From NCBI GenBank assembly GCA_030704615.1, contig CM060731.1:89714001-89778000 (forward strand): DNA of 64,000 nucleotides. The letters run 5' to 3'. Within the stretch, counting starts at the first letter, position 1. The number at the start of each line of letters is the position of its first letter. The translations under genes and the position numbers were made by a program. A model generated the notes under the pieces. The model ran no database searches. It had not been told where the DNA came from and saw nothing but the letters and a program-made list of their open reading frames with translations. This document shows, piece by piece, positions 12,701 through 25,435 of the stretch. The DNA is from Takakia lepidozioides (taxonomy: Eukaryota; Plantae; Bryophyta).

Positions 12701-13148
12701 ACGTTGATGCATGTGAGATCAAAAACCAACTCCGAATGGACTAGATCAGTAAGCTGGACAGGTTTATCATGCGCTTGAACATTGGGCCCTTGGGGAAGAA
12801 GGAGAGCACGTCGCCCACGTAAAATTTGATACAACAAGTATGGACCGTCGATCTTGAGCTTGGATTTGGATGCATGCTGACCATGCTGCAACCGAAGGCA
12901 CACGGTCTGTCCCACCTGAAAAAAGTTAGAATACTTGACGTGTTTGTTAAAATTATGGGCCTGAGTAAGTTGAGCCTTACCAATGTTTTCCTCGGCATCA
13001 TGGATAGACACCACGTGTCGAGCATGAAGCTCGTCAAGGAAGGTGGATAGATTAGCTGGATTGGAAACAATAGAGATAAGCGGGGAAGAATGCAAAAGAG
13101 AAACACAAAAGCGAGCATACAACAACTCAAAAGGAGTCTTCTTGGTGC
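12701..13148 (-). pseudogene. Gypsy G1 integrase C-terminal part
   Basis: Joining to the sequence right of MULE-A restores LLFAYRTVVHASTK-KTPFELLY; then FQVGQTV..GPY. Confidence 0.85.
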
Positions 13149-13639
13149 GAGGTTAGCTATTTCATGAGCATGAGCGGCATGAGCGGAGTAGCAAGACAAT
13201 CGGTTTTCATGAGCAGAAGTACAAATTTTGGAAATAAAAAACATAAAAAATATTATTTTAATGGATTGTGTCAGAAAAAATATAATATTCATTGTTTGAA
13301 GTAAAAATTGTAGTTTTGAGAGCCGTGCTCATGATGTTTTGTCTTCCGCTCATGCGAATTCCGAGCGACATCTGCAAAAATGGCGCCGAATTTCGCGGTA
13401 ATAGGTCCCGCAACCGGAGAAATCTGCAACGTATTTCGCGGTAATAGGTGTCTCCGGCAAAAAATGGTGCCGAATTTCGCGGCTATAGGTCCCAACATGG
13501 CAGGTGTGTAAGCCCAAAATTTAGAAATGTGGCGCGGAATTTTGGTACATGGTGTCGGGGATTGCACAGATGTTGGGCAGTTCTTGGGCCATGTAACTAG
13601 AGATTCGGCGCCATTTTTTCAGACATCGGACTTGCGGTG

Positions 13640-15850
13640 CTCGACGAGACCTCCTCGGGCAACATCACGGGACCACGAGGGAGCGTGCGAATATTCTTGT
13701 CAGGCCATGAATCCTCTTCTCCGCCAGGTGCCTCGTCAAGTCTTCATCTCACTGGACGGGTGTGAACATCTCCTTCCAAGTGTTGGCCACTTCGAAGCAA
13801 TGGCGTGTCCCGAAGGCCCTCTCGCAAGGCTGCCGCCCACTTGCGAGGATTCTTTGATCTGGAGGCGGTCCGCATCAGTATTTCCTGCCTGTCCGGCCCC
13901 AAGCCCCACTGTTTCCCTTTCAAGAACTCGTTGTACCTGCATTGTAATTGACCTCACAATGTCCTCCGTTGTGGCAGTGAGGATGTCTACCAGATGCGCC
14001 GCAGAGGAGGCACGCCAGGAAGAATGTACTGATTCGGCCATGTTTGTTGTTGGCATGTCAGTGTCGGAGTCGAGACACATTTCCTGCACATGCACATGTT
14101 GAGGTTACAAGCAAATTACAAATAATGAGTAGCTAGCATAATATTCAACGGGACGCAAATTCGTCCAACTCACCTCCCGCATATAGTCGCCGAACTAGAG
14201 GAAACGATAATGCCACCATGCTAGCCAACTGACCATTGCTCCCTCGTCTGATTTCTTTACAGCACCTGACGTTGTCCACCAAGCCCGTATACATGCAAAC
14301 TGTGTCTCTGCATCATCCAAGGTGGGAGCACTCTTCCACGCAAGACACATGGAACGGTGCTCCTCTCTGAAAGCTGGCGCCACGAGCCTGGTTGTGTACT
14401 GCGACAAGCTCTGCTGAAAATGGAACCCACAAGATCTCTCCTTGCTTTTCATCGGAACATTGGGGTCTTCCCCGTACACCCTTCGGATGGCAGCCCAATT
14501 TGCTTGTGCGTTGTCCGCCATGAAACCACGGAAATTGGGAGGGGGCAATCCTGCCCTGGCCATGTGTTCGTTTATTCTTTGCCAAAGAAGCATCTCCGAT
14601 TGTGTGTCCTCTCCTTTCATCTCACAAATAACAATTGTCATTAGCATCCTGCAGTGGGTGTCGTAGACATGTGCGCCCATTGTCACCCACTGGTGATTTG
14701 TAATTTGCTTGATATGGTCGAACATGAACAACTGTTTGACAAGTCCCCACTCGTCATCCGGTGGACCAGTTCGACGCCGCTGCCAGGCCCACACGTTGAT
14801 ATTTTGAATACGAAACAGCAATCTGCCTAGGTCCCTTGTCCTGGAAACCTACTTCCATGAATGTAGTCATATCCACATCGTCGCTTCACCTCCAGAATGG
14901 AGTGCATATCCGAACCACGCCCAATTCTCTATTTGCAGGAGACAATGTGGTTTCGGACATTCGGTGAACAGACGTGGAACACTGACTCCAACAATGCCTC
15001 CATTTCCTTCTCATCGAGAGGAACTCTGTCGGAGCCGTCTTCTGACATAATTCTGGCCAATGCCATCTTATGGGCGGCCTGCAGCTGTATCTGTTTGGGT
15101 TTGGCACCACGTCTCAACTTAACCTCCTCTTGCACGAGCTGCTCTGCCTCATGGGCAGTCTCCCGCGAGTTCCCCCTCGCCAATTTGTGACAATGGGAAC
15201 CAACGTGTATGCAAGCTCGTGTGAGGTCAGGGAAACGGCGCAACACATAGAACTGCTTGGCATTACAAACAGACATGCAATGTGGTGATTCTTTGCAATG
15301 CGCACACTTAAATGTGGAGTTTGGAACCTTCTCCTGAGCTTGAAATGGTTGATGAGCTGTGCCTGTCCAATCCGTCTGTTCTGTGACCTCTGGATTTAAA
15401 GTGGAAGCAAGTTGGAGAGAAACACCGCAACGCGCCCGCACAAACAACGTAGCGCACCCGCACACCATCGAGCTTCTTTATGCTGGTGGTTTTGATGACG
15501 CACCAAGGATGACCATCATGTTTCCTATCCATATCTGTCAACATTCCGGACGCCTCGAATAGTCCGTTCGGAGGAGGAAGATAAAGAAGATATTACCGTC
15601 GACGTCTGCGGGAAGGCATGTAACGGATTTAATTGCGAACTTGTTGTAGTCCAGGAATGCGGCCCCTGGCCTTTGCGCAATAACTGCCAACGGTATGCAG
15701 TCAGAAGGTATATGACCAGTGCAGATGCGCTGCACAAACCAATAATTGTGGCGTCTGACAAGAAGCGTGGGGGGGCGAGCGTGCAAGCACCTTCCCCATG
15801 GACAGAGGGAACTGACAGAGGTGGCATTCCAGTGGGTCTGATTGCAAGAT
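13640..15850 (-). pseudogene. MULE-A transposase (GCM-like domain plus DDE core), frameshifted, SWIM region lost
   Basis: DGHPW..CAGALRC..CAHC..C..HVGSHCH; MFDH, FMADNA, CGFH, TNMAES; intron 14084-14173; clearly similar to the MULE-B transposase. Confidence 0.88.
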
Positions 15851-16054
15851 TGAGTGCGAGACCCTCGCTGCCAAAAGTCAACATTCAACAAAATGCAACA
15901 TTGCACAAAAAGTGGAACTTTGGTTCAAAGAGACATTTTTATTAATAATGAACTGTGACAAGTATGCATGCCCTCACAAACCGAGGGAAGCCATATGTAT
16001 GCATGCAATCCATGCTCCGGTAAGTTGGGAATTTGCTCCCGTGTTACACTGTTC

Positions 16055-16711
16055 TCACCAAGAAGCTGTAACCTCGATTGGCCTCTCAACAAGTTCATGA
16101 CTGACAGGGTGTTGGTAGGTGTAGACAATGGATGCAGCCCGTTCGCCTTTGGTGTAGTGGACAACGGTGTCATGTCCTCCGATATATGCACCATCGTAAA
16201 TCGAGATCTTTGCTGTGGAGACTTTGTGTCCATAGGACTCATCCTCGTAGCTTATGAGAATGTCCCCATACACTGTTTGCGATGGAATCCTCTCTGGCAT
16301 GTACGTACACCCGATGCAATCCTCGTAGGCCCACTGGCAGCACCTCCAATGATGTAGGAAGGCCGTGCGGCTTTTGGGGATGGTCCATGCTGGCGGAAAC
16401 TGTAGATCAACGATTCGCAGGCACCAAAGCCGCGCAAGCCCGTCCCGGCGAGGCTGATCGTGGAGACCAGGAAGGTACTCAAGAGCGGACAGGTGCACCC
16501 TCCTCTGCTGAGAGTGGTCTATCCAATCCTGCAGGTATATGAAAACATCCCCTGACTTGGGCGAGAAGTCCCACGGGGTGAGATGCTTGTTTGGCAGTTG
16601 CTGGGATCCCGGCACGCCATCGCCAACTATTGAAAGGGCTACCAGGAAGCAGAGAGGGTGCACAGGGAAGGGGGAGTGTGGGGAAGCTGAAGTGAGAGGA
16701 GCTCGGAGCAA
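16055..16711 (-). pseudogene. Orphan MULE accessory gene, copy 1
   Basis: Shares SGD.., ALEYL.G, W.LRI.D, W.CCQW, YGDI, YDG..I.GHD motifs with the copies at 21.8-23.5 kb. Confidence 0.7.
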
Positions 16712-16854
16712 GCAAGTGTTGTTGTTGTCTCGGTTTGAAACGCGTGGGTCACGAGCGAAGGTCGGGCAAGTGGCAGAAAAAGAGCAACATTTAATATAGC
16801 CATACCCCGGAATGAGGGCAGTATTTAATTCGACATGGCGTCAAATCGGAGGGG

Positions 16855-18330
16855 TGACGACACCTGGCCGAGAGAACATCCCACGGATGGAAAAATGGCG
16901 CCGAATTTCCATACGAGGCCCGTCGGATGAAGTCGTCTCGGGGGGAGAGGTCGATCCCTGCCCGACAGAGAATATCCCTCGGATGGAAAAACGGCGCCGA
17001 ATTTCCATCCGAGGCCGTTCGGATGAAGTCGTCTCGGGGGAGAGGCCGACACCTGCCCGACAGAGAACATCCCTCGGATGGAAAAACGGCGCCGAATTTC
17101 CATCCGTGGCCGTTCGGATGAAGTTGTCTCGGGGGGAGAGGCCGACACCTGGCCGACAGAGAACATCCCCCGGATGGAAAAATGGCGCCGAATTTCCATA
17201 CGAGCCCGTCGGATGAAGTCATCTCGGGGGGAGAGGCCGACACCTGCCCAACAGAGAACATCCCTCGGATGGAAAAACGGCGACGAATTTCCATCCGAGG
17301 CCGTTCGGATGAAGTCGTCTCGTGGGGAGAGGACGATGCCCGATAGAGAGTATCCCTCGGATGGAAAAATGGCGCCGAATTTCCATCCGAGGCCCGTCGG
17401 ATGAAGTCTCGGGGGAGAGGCCGACACCTGGCCGACGGAGAACATCCCCCGGATGGAAAAACAGCGCCGAATTTCCATACGAGGCCTGTCGGATGAAGTC
17501 GTCTCGGGGGGAGAGGCCGACACCTGCCCTACAGAGAACATCCTCGGATGGAAAAACGGCGCCGAATTTCCATCCGAGGCCGTTCGATGAAGTCGTCTCG
17601 TGGGGAGAGGACGACACCTGCCCGACAGAGAATATCCCTCGGATGGAAAAATGGCGCCGAATTTCCATCCGAGGCCGTTCGGATGAAGTTGTCTCGGGGG
17701 AGAGGCCGACACCTGGCCGACAGAGAACATCCCCGGATGGAAAAACGGCGCCGAATTTCCATACGAGGCCGTCGGATGAAGTCGTCTCGGGGGGAGAGGC
17801 CGACATCTGGTCGACAGAGAACATCCCTCGGATGGAAAAACGGCGCCGAATTTCCATCCGAGGCCGTTCGGGTGAAGTCGTCTCGTGGGGAGAGGCCAAC
17901 ACCTGGCCGACAGAGAACATCCCACGGATGGAAAAATGGCGCCAAATTTCCATACGTGGCCCGTCGGATGAAGTCGTCTCGGGGGGAGAGGCCGACACCT
18001 GGCCGACAGAGAACATCCCCCGGATGGAAAAACGGCGCCGAATTTCCATACGAGGCCCGTCGGATGAAGTCGTCTCGGGGGGAGAGGCCGACACCTGGCC
18101 GACAGAGAACATCCCCCGGATGGAAAAACGGCGCCGAATTTCCATACGAGGCCCGTCGGATGAAGTCGTCTCGGGGGGAGAGGCCGACATCTGGTCGACA
18201 GAGAACATCCCTCAGATGGAAAAACGGCGCCGTATTTCCATCCAAGGCCGCACGGATGGAGTCGTCTCGGGGGGAGTGGCCGAAAGAGATCATCTGCAGG
18301 ATGGAAAAACGGCGCCGAATATCCATCAAC
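16855..18330. repeat. Tandem array, ~95-96-bp unit, about 15 copies, each with palindrome GGATGGAAAAACGGCGCCGAATTTCCATCC
   Basis: Unit starts at e.g. 16981, 17076, 17172. Confidence 0.95.
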
Positions 18331-18464
18331 AGACGCCCGTATCGACCCTTCATCAACAATTTTCATTCGTTTTTCGCGTTTTTTTTGTCTAATCAGTCAC
18401 TCAACTTAGAGTTTTTCGCCTGCGGTCCACTTTTTTGCACATTATGCCCACCAATGTCGTCCGG

Positions 18465-18860
18465 TAGAGACAAATTCGGTGCCGGATTTCCATCCATGAG
18501 GTGGACCGACTTACTTGCAGGATGGAAATTCGGCGCCGGTTTTCCATCCTGCAGCGCTCCGGTTTACCTGCAGGATGGAAATTCGGTGCCGGTTTTCCAT
18601 CTGGCCGCGCTCCCGCTTGCCTGCAGGATGGAAATTCGGCGCCGGTTTTCCATCCTGCAGTGCTCCGGTTTACCTGCAGGATGGAAATTTGGCGCCGGTT
18701 TTCCATCCGGCCGAGCTCCGACTTGCCTGTAGGATGGAAATTTTGCGCCGGTTTTGCATCCGGTTGCTTCTTGATGAGAACGTCTCGGGCAAAAGGAGGG
18801 CCACGGTGCGTCCCACTTCATCCGCTAAATGGAAATTCGGCGCCGTTTTTTCCATCTAGC
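18465..18860. repeat. Second MULE-A palindrome array, opposite orientation, 53-bp period
   Basis: GGATGGAAATTCGGCGCCGGTTTTCCATC at 18520, 18573, 18626, 18679, 18732 with two alternating spacer types. Confidence 0.92.
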
Positions 18861-18974
18861 GGGCTGTTGATGAAGTCTCGGGGGGAGAGTGGGCCAGGTA
18901 GCGCCTGTGAGCGACCTCCATACCTACATTTAAGGGCGCAGTTGCGCATTAAATGTCCTCCGCCGTCTGTTTTG

Positions 18975-19171
18975 AACCGGATGTTTCACACGGAACCCAT
19001 GGAAAAAGCCTCCCGTGGACTTTTCCACAGGGCCACCCGAGAGCCAAGCCGTCCATGGGGTGTCCGAAAGCACTAGTCGTTCCTTACGCCCATGGCAGGT
19101 GTGGACTGCGGCTGATTCCACAGCAAAAAGTGTGGAAAAAGCCGTGGAAAAAGCCGGTTTCTCTTCTAGTG
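18975..19171. mobile_element. CACTA-like terminal fragment (right end ...CTCTTCTAGTG)
   Basis: Reverse complement begins CACTAGAAG; GTGGAAAAAGCC subterminal repeats; nearly the same ~30 bp recurs at 41214-41243. Confidence 0.55.
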
Positions 19172-19225
19172 ATAAGAGAGCGAAGGGAGGTGCCTCACGA
19201 AATCAGGAGGCAACTTTGCGACCAC

Positions 19226-20150
19226 TCACTCGTAAACCGGGGGCTTCTCGGCCTCGATCCCAACTTGTACCTCCCCCACCTCCTTCTCGGATTCTTCCTC
19301 ATCCTCCGAGGATGCCTCTTCCTCTTTCGGCAGACATTCAGCCGCTGCAAGTTCAGAGTTGTGGAGGGCAGTATCTGGCTCGAAGGCGAAGACATGCCTG
19401 TCGGACAACGTCCCTGCCCACATTGAAGCACCTGAGGGACAAAGCGGGTGGTTAGTAGCATGCGGTATGCAATTGCAATCGGGCCAGGGGACAAAATGTG
19501 CACGTGAAGGCTTACCCGTGCCGCATGTGAGGTCAAGAATCCGCCCTTGGACATCCGAGCACGTCTCCATGAGGGTTTGGATGAAAGCAAGGCTCCGGGT
19601 CCGGCTGTACAGCCACGGTTTGCCTGTCTTTGTGTCCTTCGGCATACTGGATTGGGGCACATAGTTGTAGAGGACATCGTAGGTAACAATGTCCACAACG
19701 GCATCAACAAGACGACCGTCATTGTGGAATTTGAATGTAGACCCTCTCTTCACAAAACAATATGCCTCAAACACCAATGTCTGCACATCCAACAAAAGAG
19801 GGATCCACTCCAGGGTCTAGTTTAGATACACCACAATATGAAGTGAATGCAATAGATTGATAACTTACACTCTGGCCCTTTGTTTGCAACCCCTGCATAT
19901 TGATGCAGAACCATTTTTTGAGGAGGTTTGGGGTGACACTTTTTGGTGTCCACCTTGCCACAACATTCTTTGTGGTCTTCCCTCTTGTGGCAAGGACCAC
20001 CATACATCCACCGTCATCCAGGAGCATCCTCACCAGCCCAAACCCGGCTCTCCAGTAGTCCTCCGTAAACCTGTTCTAGGTGGGCACACCATCCAGGTCC
20101 CCAGCAGGTCCCCATCTGGAATATCGAGGAGAATCATATCGCAGGCTCTC
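19226..20150 (-). pseudogene. MULE-A beta-class amino (N6A/N4C-type) DNA methyltransferase-like gene, 3' part only
   Basis: CDMILLDIPDG (motif IV position) ... RSLAFIQTLMETCSDVQGRILDLTCGTG|ASMWAGTLSDRHVFAFEPD (motifs X-I-II); GT-AG introns at ~19781-19868 and ~19433-19515. Confidence 0.75.
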
Positions 20151-20979
20151 TATTAAATAACAAAATATTGAAATTATGTTTTTAGAAATTATATTTATTC
20201 GCTCAGATACCAAAACACACCCTTTGCAGGGAAGGAGAGTTTGCCTTAGTGTCTATGCTAAGTTGCATCTCCTACTCTCTGTAATCTAATAGACATTCAT
20301 CTTTTTCCCTCGGTTGTCCCACCCTTGACTGCGGTCAGAAAAGCATTCATTCCACAACTTCTCCTCATCTCTGTTACATGTTTTTGGATACTTTCCTATT
20401 ATCACTTTGCGAAATCATGTCAAAATCACTCCAAACTATGTACCATCTACTCAAGCAGGTTTCTTGTAGCTAACCCTCCACAGGGAATCATAAGTACTCT
20501 GGAGCTTGAAATCTGGCCCTCTTGGATGACACTCTATCCCTGCTCCTTCAGCTATCCATGCCTCTACACAGATCATGCATACATCCTTGCATTGCTGCTG
20601 ACAATGGCAGCCTAGATTTGTTCCAGCAAACACCCAACTCAACTTATCACACCAGTTCATATTCTCAATTGCATCTACCACTCTGTAATCCAAAGGCATT
20701 TACCTTCCAAGACGGTTGTCCCAACATTGACTGGGGTCAGAAAAATATTCATTCCACAGCTTCTCCTCTCTGTTACCTATTTCTGGATACTTTCCTATTG
20801 TCACTTTGGCAGTATCATGTCAAAGTCACTCCAAACTATCAAAGGTTCACTCAACCAGCTAACTTGCAGAATTCTTAAAACATGAAAATTTAGGGTGATT
20901 CTGATAAGAGGGGAAAACAGAGTGAAATGTGTTGAAGAAGGTGCCTTGATTAGCATTGCCTGATTTTATCAATTGTGCC

Positions 20980-21366
20980 GCTGCTGCGGCGGCTTCCAGT
21001 TGACCATCTACCCATGCAGGTTTCTTGGAGCTATTTTTCCACGGGGAATCACCCCTTCCCGCATCATTGCTCATAGGTCTCCAAAGCCTCCATCCGCGCC
21101 CTTGCTGTGCATATCCTGCAATCATCGCACTCCACGACACCACATCTCGTTCAGCCATACTGTCAAACACTTCCTTTGCATCCTCGATGCACATTTGGCA
21201 TACATGCAGTCCACCAGGGCAGTGTTCAGAATGACATTGGGTACAATTCCAGATTTGACGATGTCACCATGGACCTCTTTGCCCTTTTCCAAAGCTCCCA
21301 GGCTTGCACATGCATTACAAACAAATGTGATGTGGTTAGGCTTCACCCCTTCGCGTAGTAGTTGCT
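20980..21366 (-). pseudogene. PLS-class PPR gene fragment, 3' part, split by MULE-B
   Basis: KPNHITFV..ACASLGALEKGKEVH..MYAKC..DVVSWSAMIAGYAQQG; empty-site join reads ALETYEQLLREGVKP. Confidence 0.9.
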
Positions 21367-21809
21367 GGGGGCTGCTATTTCATGAGCCATGAGCCATGAG
21401 CAGAGTCGTAAGTGTCGAAAAAAACATGAGCAGGACTATTTTCCGGAAATGAGTGTCCGCGGGAATAGGGTTTAGGGTGTCACGGTCATAGGGGGAGAAG
21501 GACCTCCCGATGAAGGAGGTTCGGCAATGTTTTTTAGAATTACATATTGAAAGGCAATGTTTCGCGAATGGTAGGGTGGTACTGATCTGTACAATGGGGG
21601 CCCATTTCAGCCTACCAGCCACTTGCAAAATCCACCCACACTCCCAATCCCAAACGAAATGAGGAATGATGCATTTTGGGAACGATGGATACAGAATAGA
21701 ACAAAAAGAGGGCACAATGGGTTTTTTTGATCCACATGAATTGCATTTGAAGCACGTCTACTGTGCTGATTGTGCAAACAAATCTTTAGCCCTGTGCCTT
21801 CTGAATACA

Positions 21810-22487
21810 AGTCACGTTGTCAATGGGACTCGACTGCTCTCAAAAACTAGCTCATGAGTCTTCGGGCTCCTCCAGGTAAACTGGATTGCAGCCGTTGTAC
21901 CGCCCTGTTGATGTTCACCACAATGTCCTGCCCTTCAATCATACCACCATCGAATATGGAAAGCTTCACGTTTTCGCCGTCCACACCAATGCGAATGTCC
22001 CCATACAATGGAGAAGATGAGCGCACTCCTTCAGGAGTATAAGTCTCTCCGATGGAGTCCACCCACGTCCACTGGCAGCCCACCGCAACAGCATAGCAGT
22101 GCGCATTCTTCTGCATGGGTGCCCGTCGTAGCTGGGAAAATCGGAATCAAGGATGCGCAGGAGCCACGGACTCCTCAGACCAAGATCGTCACCCCGCTCG
22201 AAGGCGTACTGGCCTGGGAGATACTCAAAAGCGGACAATGTTTCCACATTCGAACCAGTATCTTCTGTGTAATCTGTGTACCAGATAACGATGTCTCCCG
22301 ATGTGGCCGAATACATTGCATAATCGATGCCTCCATAAGGGCAGTCGTCCCGGTTCCGGAAGCACGGCATCCTTGCAAAGGAGGACCTGAGGACGTCTTT
22401 GATGCCGATGAAAATCACCTTGCGGACAGCAACGAAGCCCTTAGATTTTCGAAATGATGAGAAGCGGAAGAGCAGTGCGGGCTCCAA
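21810..22487 (-). pseudogene. Orphan MULE accessory gene, copy 2 (frameshifted)
   Basis: MPCFRNRDDCPYGGIDYAMY..SGDIVIW..AFEYLPG..PWLLRILD / GCQWTW..YTPEG..LYGDIRI..FDGGMIEGQDIVV. Confidence 0.72.
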
Positions 22488-22893
22488 TAATGGACATCTG
22501 GGTCACAAGTACCCACCAATCATCGTGTAACGTGTTCAACAAGCCAGCGGTGGATGAACCGATACCTCTTTCTCATCCACGGGGTATAGTTTGAAATCTG
22601 CCACCGAAGTCCATCCCCCGGATGGAAATTCGGCGCCGCAATACATCGAAGGGGGGATGGACTTCGTCGTCTCGAGTGGCTATAGGCCCACCTGGCACTT
22701 ACTGCCCATAGTTTGCATGGCAGGGAAGGAAACTGAAACGGCTACATCCATGGATGAGCCAATCTTCATCCCTGCAGGTTCCTGTAGGGGGAAATTTAAA
22801 TGTGCCCTGGAGTATTTGTGAGGAATTGCAGCGTTTGCTTGAATTTCTTCCAGCCACCGCGCTGCTACCTCCTCCATCCGGGAGCTGCTGTCA

Positions 22894-23501
22894 TTGAGCG
22901 TACTGCGCTACTCTTTTTCAGGGATGCCGTGCCGCCGAAATCCTGCTGACTGCCCTTATCATGGCCACGATTATGCTATGTTCAAACCAGAATCAGGAGA
23001 CATCATTGTCTGGCTTTCACTTTTCACAGACGCATCTGGAATCAAGCGGGAGTCTTTGCGCGCAATGGAGTATCTGGAGGGCTATTACCGCTTTGAGCGA
23101 GGTGAGGGCGAGGGTCAATGCGGTCCGTGGGTCCTGAAAATTGTTGACCTCGATATACCAAGGTGGAATGGGATGCCGGACAGATCACGCACGGCCTCAC
23201 TTTGGCGCTGGAACTGCTGCCAGTGGACCAGGGAGGACGGCACCGGGGAAAACTATATTCGTGGAGTTCACTCCGCTTTCCAGTGTATGGAGACATTCGG
23301 CTGAGTTGCGAAGACGAATCGCACGGGCACAGGAGGCCCACAGTGACCTTGTCGATGTATGATGGTGGTATGATTGATGGGCATGACATTGTCGTCAGCT
23401 CCACCAAGGGCACCAGATCGACCGCATTGCAGTTTACCTCGAGATGCCGCATCAGTAATGAGCTTGTTTTGAGGGCTATCGAAGTTCCGTCGACTTGGTG
23501 A
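22894..23501 (+). pseudogene. Orphan MULE accessory gene, copy 3 (frameshifted), divergent from copy 2
   Basis: MPCRRNPADCPYHGHDYAMF..SGDIIVW..AMEYLEG..PWVLKIVD..WNCCQW / VYGDIRL..YDGGMIDGHDIVV..IEVPSTW. Confidence 0.72.
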
Positions 23502-23769
23502 CACCCATGTAGAAGGAGGAAGGGCTTAGATTTGTCTGGAGTGCTAAATGTGAGACACCGTGTTCGATCAATAAAACAACCCATCGTACTCACTTCTGTG
23601 TGCTTGTGTTTCATCGTGTTCAAGAACTGCCGTAATTGGCCCACTGTTTACAATTTGAGGTCTCATTTCTACAATGTGTCTGTCCATATGAATATACCAG
23701 AGTCAGCGATATCACAGTCCTGAGGTGAAGAAAATCCATGTATGAGTTGTAGGAAACATGTACACGCCG

Positions 23770-24830
23770 AAGCTCGAAAATTCGGCACCGCATTCCATTT
23801 TCTCCATGAAGCTTTTTTCTGGCAGCTCCCTTTCCTCCGTTGTCGTCGTAACGGAAATGCTGTACAACATTTCATTTCCTGACATGGCATTACATACTTC
23901 GAATTTGAAATGCGGCGCACCATATTCGACCTTGAATATCCAAGCATGTCCAGTCGCTAATGCTTGTCCATGTCCATACTTGAAATGCGGCACCGCATTT
24001 CCATGTCCGTCATCGAAATTTCGTACCGGACAATGAAATGCGGCACAGCATTTCCGGAGAGCACAATGGAATGCGGTGCCGCATTTCCGTCGAAGGGTCT
24101 GGAATTTTTCTGGAAATGTTTCCATGGTCATCAAACGAATTGGAATGCGGTGCGCATTTCCGGACGGAATGCCCACACGGGTCTGGAATTGGACAAACAA
24201 CGATGCTGGAAATGCGGCACCGCATTTCCATGTCATCAAAATATCGAATCGGACAATGGAATGCGGTGCCGCATTTCCGTCCATCAAGACGGAATGCCCA
24301 CGGGTCTGGAATTGGACAAACAACGATGTCTGTTTTGGAAATGCGGCCCGCATTTCCATGTTGGGCAATTGAAAGTTTTTATAGGACAATGTAAGTTTTT
24401 ATAGGACGATGGAATGCGGTGCCGCATTTCAAAGGGTCTGGAATTGGGCAAACAACGATGTCCCTTTTGGAAATGCGGCGCCGCATTTCCATGTACGTCA
24501 TCGAAATTTCTTATTGGACAATGGAATGCGGTGCCGCATTCCCGTCTAGCATCATGGAATTGGGAGCCCAAGAACGTCGATGGGTCTGCAGTTGGAAAAA
24601 TCCATCTCCAAAAGGTAAATGCGGCACCGCATTTCCATGTTCGACCTCCGCATTTCGATTTACATCCATGGAAGGAGCTGGCAATCGGCAAAAACAGTTT
24701 CTGATGTCCAAACCATGAAACGGAAATTTGTTCTTGCCCCGTTTTGGAAATGCGGTGCCGCATTTCCAAAGAGGTTTTTGCAGTTGCCACATTTCCGTTC
24801 AGACATTGAAATGCGGTGCCGCATTCTTTC
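23770..24830. repeat. MULE-B palindrome cluster, GAAATGCGG(C/T)(A/G)CCGCATTTC, roughly 15-18 copies, irregular spacing
   Basis: Read directly, e.g. near 23982, 24035, 24208, 24258, 24469, 24746. Confidence 0.93.
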
Positions 24831-25435
24831 TGATTTTGGGAGGGACAGGTTTGGACGATGTTGTCGTTTAGAAGCACATGGGAGAGGGGACATGAAGGAC
24901 GGGAGAATTCCTTTATATACTCTGGAATTGAATTTAAATGTACAGAGAGTTCATTAAAATTGTATTAATCTTGAAAATCATCACTAGTCGGCCTGTTCTT
25001 GAACTCTGCTCCGCCTCCACCCCGTCATTGCCTTTCTCATCTCCAGGGGATGTCGTTGGCCAGGCTTTCAAAAATCCCATCTTCACCTTGCGGAACCGAC
25101 CATCTCACCTCCGTTGGCTCGTCGTCCTCCCTGTCTGCATCGCTCTCATCCGCTGAATCACATATGAACTTTCGCACCCGTCTACCTGCCTCAGGTTGCT
25201 AACTCTTTCCTTATCCTTCTGTCCTCCCTAGCCCTCTCCAAAATCTGCTCTACTTTACTGGGATTCTCACATCGTCTAATCGCTGTATTTGCGAGTTTAG
25301 CTGCATAACTAGGAAGGGAGTAGTCCTTCACCGGGCTCGTCATGAAGTCGGCCCTCGCAAAGAACGGACATTCTTCCTGGCAGGAAGTGTAGGCCTACAT
25401 GTTTCGACCCGGATCCTCCAATCCTGCATATAAAA

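Noticed and set aside
16791-18859. Long overlapping ORFs (up to 513 aa) on both strands
   Set aside because: By-products of GC-rich tandem repeats; open in several frames with repeat-periodic peptides.
20300-20860. Possible captured host exon between two ~60-bp direct repeats
   Set aside because: The repeat (~20381 and ~20780) is real, but I could not assign any protein.
23669-24957. CGAAF/MRCRIS/NAAPHF-repeat ORFs (also at 30260-31803)
   Set aside because: These are the three-frame translations of the palindrome, identical on both strands.
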